Source: Trueperaceae bacterium | Lineage (GTDB): Bacteria; Deinococcota; Deinococci; Deinococcales; Trueperaceae | DNA: 64,000 bases | Direction: 5' to 3' | NCBI GenBank assembly: GCA_965213705.1 | Contig: OZ243913.1 | Span: 2,080,001-2,144,000 of the forward strand | Shown here: positions 58,358 through 64,000 of the stretch, piece by piece | Layout of the letters: every line of letters starts with the position of its first letter | How positions within the stretch are numbered: position 1 is the stretch's first letter | Notes under the pieces: generated by a model | The model's input: the letters and a program-made list of their open reading frames with translations, nothing else | What the model was told of the DNA's origin: nothing | The model's database searches: none | Translations under genes and position numbers: made by a program

Positions 58358-58771
58358 TCAACGTTTGAGCCCCAACAGCGCCATGACCGTCGGCACCGCC
58401 ACGACGCCGTGCATGATCTCGAGCGCCCAGCCTGTAATAGGGCTCAGTGCGGCCCTGATGGGACCTAATAGGAACAGTACGAACACAATAGCCGCAATGG
58501 TCAAAAAAGCTGGGTTCGGGTTGGCGAGAAACTTATCCAAGCCCCAGTACACCGCGCCGGCGACGAGTGCCGGGACGATGCTGAACAGCAAAATTGGTAC
58601 TAGCCCGACGTTGTCGGACACAGGAGTCTCAACGACGAGCAGCGGGCCGCCCAAAATGGCCCGCGCGATGAAGTAAACAACCGCGTTGATGGCCGCCGCG
58701 ATGACGCCGGCCGTGAGTCCCGCCCGCAGGGCCGCGCCGAAAGTAACGTTGGTGTTCGCTGTCGTGGTCAT
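58358..58771 (-). CDS. DUF6069-like four-TM membrane protein
   Basis: Four hydrophobic segments and LEIMHGVVA tail. Confidence 0.7.
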   Translation of the reverse strand: MTTTANTNVTFGAALRAGLTAGVIAAAINAVVYFIARAILGGPLLVVETPVSDNVGLVPILLFSIVPALVAGAVYWGLDKFLANPNPAFLTIAAIVFVLFLLGPIRAALSPITGWALEIMHGVVAVPTVMALLGLKR

Positions 58772-59127
58772 AAAACTCCTTTAGGGTTTGAGTCTCGCCC
58801 CGCGCGCCGCGCTCGTTGTTGGACGGCGAGACTGTAAGAGCGTTCAAGCAGCGCCACCGCCCGCGCCACGTCTTCGTCTTCGCGAATATAAAAACTGACC
58901 CAGCCGCTCTCCGGCAAGACGTGGTGGCGTTCCGCCGCGCCCGCACCGACAAGCTCTTCACGAACCTTGACCGGAAACGGTACGTCTACGAGCCGGTCGC
59001 CGTGAACATGCCCGATTTCCCGCGTGCCGAGTCGGTACTCGAGCCCGCCGAAGCGGTGTGGGTGAACCCCTACACCTTCCCAGGCACCTACTGTTTTCTC
59101 GATGTCTCGCCCTGCACCCTCAACCAT
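58768..59127 (-). CDS. DUF5519 (luciferase-like) family protein
   Basis: HRFGG, EIGHVHG, DVPFP, HHVLPESGWV. Confidence 0.85.
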   Translation of the reverse strand: MVEGAGRDIEKTVGAWEGVGVHPHRFGGLEYRLGTREIGHVHGDRLVDVPFPVKVREELVGAGAAERHHVLPESGWVSFYIREDEDVARAVALLERSYSLAVQQRARRAGRDSNPKGVL

Positions 59128-59144
59128 CCTCGTCCTCCAAACTG

Positions 59145-59158
59145 TTTAGCCGGCTAAA
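59145..59158. promoter_or_regulatory. Candidate MarR operator 2
   Basis: Palindrome TTTAGCCGGCTAAA between the marR stop and the DUF5519 RBS. Confidence 0.55.
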
Positions 59159-59598
59159 TCAAGCGGGCTCACCGTTGCTCAGGTTGTCTCGCACCTGTAA
59201 AAGCATTCTTCTGAACAGCGCCCGCTCCGGCTCGGTCAGGTTGGCGGTAACCTCTTCTTCCAACGTTCGCCACACGGTTTCGATGCTCGTCCTGAGCGCG
59301 TTGCCCCGTTGCGTCGTCCGGACGAACGAAACGCGGGCGTCGGTCGGGCAGGCTTGGCGCTCGAGCAAACCACTTTTCTCCATCCGCCGTACCATCCGCG
59401 TGACCGTCGGCGGTTGCACACCCAGCCGCTCGGCGAGTTGGGTAAGGGTCAAGCGGTTGTCTTGCCACAGCGCCACCAAAATCATCTCTTGCCCCACGTG
59501 CACGCGAACTCGGCTAGTAGCTCGCCCGTGCGGGCGCGATGCGCCTTGCAGATTTGCACGACGAGGTAGTTGACGGATTGTGGAGAGCAGGAGTCCAT
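59159..59598 (-). pseudogene. MarR family regulator with a one-base deletion
   Basis: MDSCSPQSVNYLVVQICKAHR...LLAEF in one frame, then VHVGQEMIL...PTVTRMVRRMEKSGL...DAR in another; join near 59505. Confidence 0.8.
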
Positions 59599-59641
59599 AC
59601 CTTGAACAATTTTCCAGCCGACGAACCTCTCGACTTAAAAC

Positions 59642-59670
59642 AGCTTAGTCAGCTAAACAAAATTTGTCAA
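59642..59670 (-). promoter_or_regulatory. marR promoter with overlapping operator 1
   Basis: TTGACA-N17-TAAGCT on the minus strand; TTAGTCAGCTAA (59645-59656) overlaps the -10 box. Confidence 0.7.
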
Positions 59671-59831
59671 GTGAAAGATGCTGTGCACGTTGCAGCATCT
59701 TGGGTGTTGAGGCTCTAAGGCGGGCTCGAGCCTACAAAAAGCCTGTTGGAAAGGCTCGTTCAGCAACCTTTCCATTATTGTGCCAACTGGCGAAATTCTT
59801 TCAGCGCTCAGTTCTAAAGGTGGAGACGCCC

Positions 59832-59887
59832 GGTTACGAATTGGTTACGACACCGAAAACCGACTCGTAACCGCACCCTTCTAAACT
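59832..59887 (+). promoter_or_regulatory. Candidate OmpR-family binding site and -10 box
   Basis: GGTTACGA at 59832 and 59843 (11-bp period), inverted copy at 59865, TAAACT at 59882. Confidence 0.55.
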
Positions 59888-59947
59888 CTGGGTTGTAGGG
59901 CGGCAGGCAACCTTGACCGGCTCTGCAAATTTGATAAGGAGGACAAC

Positions 59948-60724
59948 ATGAACACCAAGACAAAAGAAAGACTCGCCGCCCTCGGGCTGACAGGCGCGCT
60001 ATTGGGCGGAGGCGCGCTCGTCTTCGCGCAAACCCAGACCACGCCGGCTCAAACCACGCCGGCTCAGACCATACCGGCCCAAACCACACCGGCTCAGGTG
60101 ACGCCGGACGGCCTGAAAGCCGGGCGTTTCGGCCTGAACGGGCGCGGTTTCGGCTTGCACGGCGCGGGCTTCGGGCGTTTGGCGCTGGGCACGACTGTCG
60201 AAGTTGCTTTTTACGACGGCGACCCCGCGGCGGGCGGCACCGTCACCGATACCCTGAACTTTACCTATGGTGAAGACAGTGAGGCGGGCTTCGTCCAGTC
60301 GCTCGAGGCGGCGCGGCAAAGCGCGGCCTACATGACGGTGAACATCGGCGAGCAAACCCGGACGGTGGACCTCTCCGCGGTCACGCTGCCGACGAACGGG
60401 CGCGGGCTGTTGCCGCACGAGTTGGCTCGAGGCTTAGGCGACGACAGCACCGTCACCGCCACCTTTTACGACGGCGACCCCGAAGCGGGTGGGCAGGTCA
60501 CCGACACTCTCACTTTCACTTATGGCTCAGACAGCGAGGCGGGCTTTGCCGACAGTTTCTCGACCGCCGCCGAAACTGCCGACTTCGTGACGGTTACGAC
60601 GAGCCCACAGTCTTACACGGTCGACCTGTCCCAGGTGCAAGCGCGGGGCCGACTCGGTCTCGGCGACAGCTTCAACGACGGCTTTGGACAGCGTGGTTTC
60701 GGCGGACGCCGCGGTCACAGGTAA
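59948..60724 (+). CDS. Secreted protein with two internal repeat domains
   Basis: Signal peptide, (TTPAQ)x4, two FYDGDP...TDTLxFTYGxDSEAGF...TVDLS repeats; AGGAGG RBS. Confidence 0.85.
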   Translation: MNTKTKERLAALGLTGALLGGGALVFAQTQTTPAQTTPAQTIPAQTTPAQVTPDGLKAGRFGLNGRGFGLHGAGFGRLALGTTVEVAFYDGDPAAGGTVTDTLNFTYGEDSEAGFVQSLEAARQSAAYMTVNIGEQTRTVDLSAVTLPTNGRGLLPHELARGLGDDSTVTATFYDGDPEAGGQVTDTLTFTYGSDSEAGFADSFSTAAETADFVTVTTSPQSYTVDLSQVQARGRLGLGDSFNDGFGQRGFGGRRGHR

Positions 60725-60875
60725 ACCGGGTCGTGACGAACCTCGCTTTACGCCCAGGGGCGTGACGAGCGACGTGAACAGCGCAGTGAGGCGTCGGGCG
60801 GAATACTCCCCGACGCCTCACTGCCCGACGTCTCGCTGCGTAAACCCATCCCCGGAAACGGATTAGGCTAGGTCT

Positions 60876-61532
60876 ATGCGTTTGTTGCTGGTCGAAGACG
60901 AACCCAACATTGCCAAACCCGTGTTGCGCGCCCTGGAAGCGCAAGGCCACAAGGTGCGGCACGCGCCAGACCTGGAGACGGCTCGAGACCTCTTTTTGGA
61001 GGCCGAACCCGACCTGATGCTTCTGGACGTGCGTTTGCCGGAAAGCGAGGACGGCGGCTTCGTGCTGGCTCGAGAAGCGCGCGCCGCGGGCTACGGCGGC
61101 CCGATTTTGTTCATGACCGCGCGGGACGCCCTCGCAGACCGCGTCATGGGTTTGGATGAGGGCGGCGACGACTACGTGGTCAAACCCTTCGACTTGCCCG
61201 AGTTGCTGGCTCGAGTGCGGGCGTTGTTGCGGCGCGTTCAAGAAGTCAAAACGAGCCGCATCGAACGCGGGCCTTTGGACCTCGACCTGACGAACCGCAC
61301 CGTGCGTTGGGCGGGAGTCCCGGCGGAACTTTCCAACCGCGAATACGCGCTCTTAGAACGCTTGGCGCTGTCGCCGAACCGCACCTACAGCCCTGAAGAC
61401 TTGGTCGACCTCGTGTGGGGTGACGAGGCGCAGGGTACCGGCGTGGTCAAGGTATGCGTGCATCACCTGCGCAACAAGCTGTCCAGCGAGGTGGTGCGCA
61501 CCGTGCCGGGCGGTTACCGCCTGGGCACATGA
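60876..61532 (+). CDS. OmpR-family response regulator
   Basis: LLVEDE, LDVRLP, TA, KPF, winged helix; TAGGCT 6 nt before ATG. Confidence 0.95.
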   Translation: MRLLLVEDEPNIAKPVLRALEAQGHKVRHAPDLETARDLFLEAEPDLMLLDVRLPESEDGGFVLAREARAAGYGGPILFMTARDALADRVMGLDEGGDDYVVKPFDLPELLARVRALLRRVQEVKTSRIERGPLDLDLTNRTVRWAGVPAELSNREYALLERLALSPNRTYSPEDLVDLVWGDEAQGTGVVKVCVHHLRNKLSSEVVRTVPGGYRLGT

Positions 61533-62869
61533 GTTTGCGCGCCCGGCTGGCGCTGTTCATCGCCGTGGCGATTGCCGCGGCGCTGCTGGTGCAGGGCCTG
61601 TTCGGCTACGTGAGTTTTCGGCAGCAGGCTTACGCGAGTTTGGACCGCAACTTGCGTTTGTACCTGACGCAACTCCAAACGTCCCAGCGCGAGCGCGGCC
61701 CGCGCGGCGGCTCACGTAACGCGCAAGTTTTGGGCGAGCTTTTCGAGGGCTACGTTGCTAGCGCGCGCGTCGTCAGAGAAGGCCGGGTGGTTGCGCAGTC
61801 GGAGGCTTTTCCGGCGGACGTGCCGGTCGGGTTCGAGTCGCAACCCGACATGCACGGCGGTTGGCGCGTCGGCAGCGCCGCGCTGCGCCCAGCGCCGCCG
61901 AGCCTGCCCCAGGCTGCCGCGCAGGGCTCGCCCGCTACTTATCCCGCTGAGTACGTTCAAGCTGCCGTTTCGTCGCGCGAACTGCTCGAGGGTTTGCAGC
62001 GCTACCGCCGCACGCTTCTCGCCACGGTGGTCGGCGTTTCCTGGTTGGGCGCGCTGGTCGCCCTGCTGCTCAGCCGCCCCGCCTTGCGCCCCTTGCAGCA
62101 CCTGCTCGGCACGGCGCGGCGCGTGGCGGACTCGGGCGACCTGTCGCTCCGGGTGCCGCCCGGCGGGGGCGGTGAGTTGGGCGAACTGAGCGCGACCTTC
62201 AACCGGATGCTGGAACGTCTGGCCGCCTTCGGCGCGCGGGAAAACAGCTTTACCCGCAACGCCTCGCACGAACTTCGCACCCCCCTGGCCGCGATGCGGT
62301 TGCACCTCAGTTCCTACCGCGAGGGTTACGGCAGCGCCGAAGAAACGCTTTTAGTGTTGAACGAAGAGGTCGAGCGGATGACGCGCCTGAGCGAAGCCCT
62401 TTTAACGCTCGCCCGCGAAGGTCGGACGCAGCGCGTCGGCGTGGACTTGGCAGAACTTGCTAAAGAGACGGCCGGCGAGGCCGGAGCCCAGTACCGGGGC
62501 CCGGAGCGCCTCGAGCTGTCCGGCGACCCCCTCTTGGTGCGCCAAGCCCTCGTCAACCTGCTGGAAAACGCGCGCAAACACGCGCCCGGTGCCGAAGTTG
62601 AGGTGAGGCTCGAGACCCGGACCTTCTCGACTCAAACCTTCGCCGTCGTGAGCGTTACGGACAGCGGGCCGGGACTTACGCCCGAAGCCATGAACCGAGC
62701 CGGTGAGGCGTTTTACCGCGCGCCGGGCACGCGCGCTCCGGGCAGCGGTTTGGGTCTGGCCGTGGCGAAACAGGTCGCCGAGACCCACGGCGGGCGGCTC
62801 GAGCTTGTGCGGGGCGCGCCGACGGGTTTACGAGCCGAACTGTGGCTGCGCTTGTCCCCGGACTCTTAA
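61529..62869 (+). CDS. HAMP-domain sensor histidine kinase
   Basis: ASHELRTP, NLLENA, DSGPG, GSGLGL; ATGA overlap with the regulator. Confidence 0.95.
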   Translation: MSLRARLALFIAVAIAAALLVQGLFGYVSFRQQAYASLDRNLRLYLTQLQTSQRERGPRGGSRNAQVLGELFEGYVASARVVREGRVVAQSEAFPADVPVGFESQPDMHGGWRVGSAALRPAPPSLPQAAAQGSPATYPAEYVQAAVSSRELLEGLQRYRRTLLATVVGVSWLGALVALLLSRPALRPLQHLLGTARRVADSGDLSLRVPPGGGGELGELSATFNRMLERLAAFGARENSFTRNASHELRTPLAAMRLHLSSYREGYGSAEETLLVLNEEVERMTRLSEALLTLAREGRTQRVGVDLAELAKETAGEAGAQYRGPERLELSGDPLLVRQALVNLLENARKHAPGAEVEVRLETRTFSTQTFAVVSVTDSGPGLTPEAMNRAGEAFYRAPGTRAPGSGLGLAVAKQVAETHGGRLELVRGAPTGLRAELWLRLSPDS

Positions 62870-62886
62870 ACGGGGAGACTCAGGCT

Positions 62887-63240
62887 TTAGGATGAATCGG
62901 GGCGGGAGACGGCGGTGCTGAGTGGGGTCGGCTGCGTCTGCGCGTCGCCCAACACGTGTGCAGCCCCCCCGCCGAAGGTGACCCGGTCGACAAAACGGCC
63001 AAAGTGCGAAGGTCCGAAAAACAGCTGCGTTACCGCAGTTATCTCGGCGTCGTGAATGTCCAACAGGGTTTGCACCGCGGCGGGATAGGCGGAACGGTTG
63101 TGGTCCGTGTGTGCGCCGAGACAGGGCGACGCGTGAGCTAGGAGAGCGTTCTTGGCCTCGGTTGCAGGAGTAACGGCGCGCCGAAAGGCGGCGGCCTGGA
63201 CGCTGAACACGAAGTGCTGCAACAGAGTTTTGTGAACCAT
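62887..63240 (-). CDS. Hypothetical protein (117 aa)
   Basis: TACACT 6 nt before ATG at 63240; fills the gap; no recognised motif. Confidence 0.55.
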   Translation of the reverse strand: MVHKTLLQHFVFSVQAAAFRRAVTPATEAKNALLAHASPCLGAHTDHNRSAYPAAVQTLLDIHDAEITAVTQLFFGPSHFGRFVDRVTFGGGAAHVLGDAQTQPTPLSTAVSRPDSS

Positions 63241-63373
63241 AAAACCAGTGTAGGTTCTCAGGCCTGTTCGCGCCTCGGCAAAAATCACACCCGACGCGAC
63301 CCGTCACGTACACCCGTCGGCTGAACACGAAGTTACGAGGCGAACGGCTGACCCTTGCTCGAGCGAACCAGCG

Positions 63374-63811
63374 TCAGTTCAGGGGTGGCATGTCCACTTG
63401 CCAGTAGCGCACAGGTGCAACCGGCGACCCCGCCAGACGGCGCAGCGTGGCGAGCTGGCCCACGTGCGTTGCCGCGTCGGTCAAAGGCCCTTGCCAAAGT
63501 TGCCCCAAGCTCACCTCACCCGCGGGCTCGAGACCTTGCACAAAAGCGCGGTCGAGGGCGCGCAAACCCTCTAAAAAGCGTGCGCGTTCCTCTTCCCAAC
63601 TCAGGGGATCGAGCTTGGCAAGCGCAACCTCTTCGAACTGCGCGTGGGCGAAGCGCACCAGTCCGGTCATGTGTCGGACCGTTTGGCCGGGACTGCGCAC
63701 CTCGGCACCCGCCGCGAAGTCGCCGAAACCCGCGGGCGCGTTTTCTGTCACGTGCTCGAAGCGGTAGGCGAGGGCGGCGAGGTAGTGGCGCAGCGTGTCC
63801 ACGGTCGTCAC
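63374..63811 (-). CDS. DinB-like protein
   Basis: LRHYLAALAYR, VRHM, DAATHVGQLATLRR. Confidence 0.82.
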   Translation of the reverse strand: MTTVDTLRHYLAALAYRFEHVTENAPAGFGDFAAGAEVRSPGQTVRHMTGLVRFAHAQFEEVALAKLDPLSWEEERARFLEGLRALDRAFVQGLEPAGEVSLGQLWQGPLTDAATHVGQLATLRRLAGSPVAPVRYWQVDMPPLN

Positions 63812-64000
63812 GGCGTTTCTCCTTGGGTCGGCGAGCTTGCCTCGACGACGCGCACCGGGAAGGGTTCGGTCGCGCTGCCCACGTAGAGACTGCGGTGCGG
63901 AAAAGGAATTTCGACGCCCGCCGCGTCGAACGCTTTTTTGATGTCGACTTGCATACTGTTGCGAAGCTCGAGGTAATTTTCGGTCTTGGCCCAGACGTTG
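63808..64000 (-). CDS. mscS: Mechanosensitive channel MscS family, C-terminal part only
   Basis: Manual translation: VWAKTENYLELRN...IKKAFDAAGVEIPFPHRSLY; GTGA overlap with the DinB-like gene. Confidence 0.85.
   Translation of the reverse strand, partial: NVWAKTENYLELRNSMQVDIKKAFDAAGVEIPFPHRSLYVGSATEPFPVRVVEASSPTQGETP

Overview
A GC-rich chromosomal window, most likely from a Deinococcota bacterium (Trueperaceae-like). This is inferred from the Thermus-type PilF with multiple MshEN repeats, the Deinococcus-type NurA and TrmB, and many leaderless genes with a TANNNT -10 box 5-8 nt before the start codon. It carries about 55 genes. These include a sugar catabolic cluster (class I aldolase, Gfo/Idh/MocA, PfkB kinase, DeoR, ketose 3-epimerase, CUT2 ABC transporter), a CUT1 ABC transporter, pilF-pilT, trpBA, serS, moeA, hemW, two type II TA pairs and a two-component system with a secreted repeat protein. 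I saw no rRNA, tRNA, IS element or CRISPR array. The strongest unexplained signals are: (i) window-wide enrichment of the palindrome CTCGAG with near absence of GATC and GAGCTC; (ii) an orphan DUF4258 toxin-like gene behind a promoter, start-stop minigene, terminator and 16-aa coupled leader; (iii) a 20-aa Trp-ending leader peptide upstream of trpB; (iv) an AapJ-like binding protein missing its second lobe; (v) several small ORFs absent from the ORF track; (vi) dispersed 7/14-bp tandem repeat families, some inside genes; (vii) four single-base frameshifts that may be assembly errors. All family assignments come from motif recognition by eye, not database searches.
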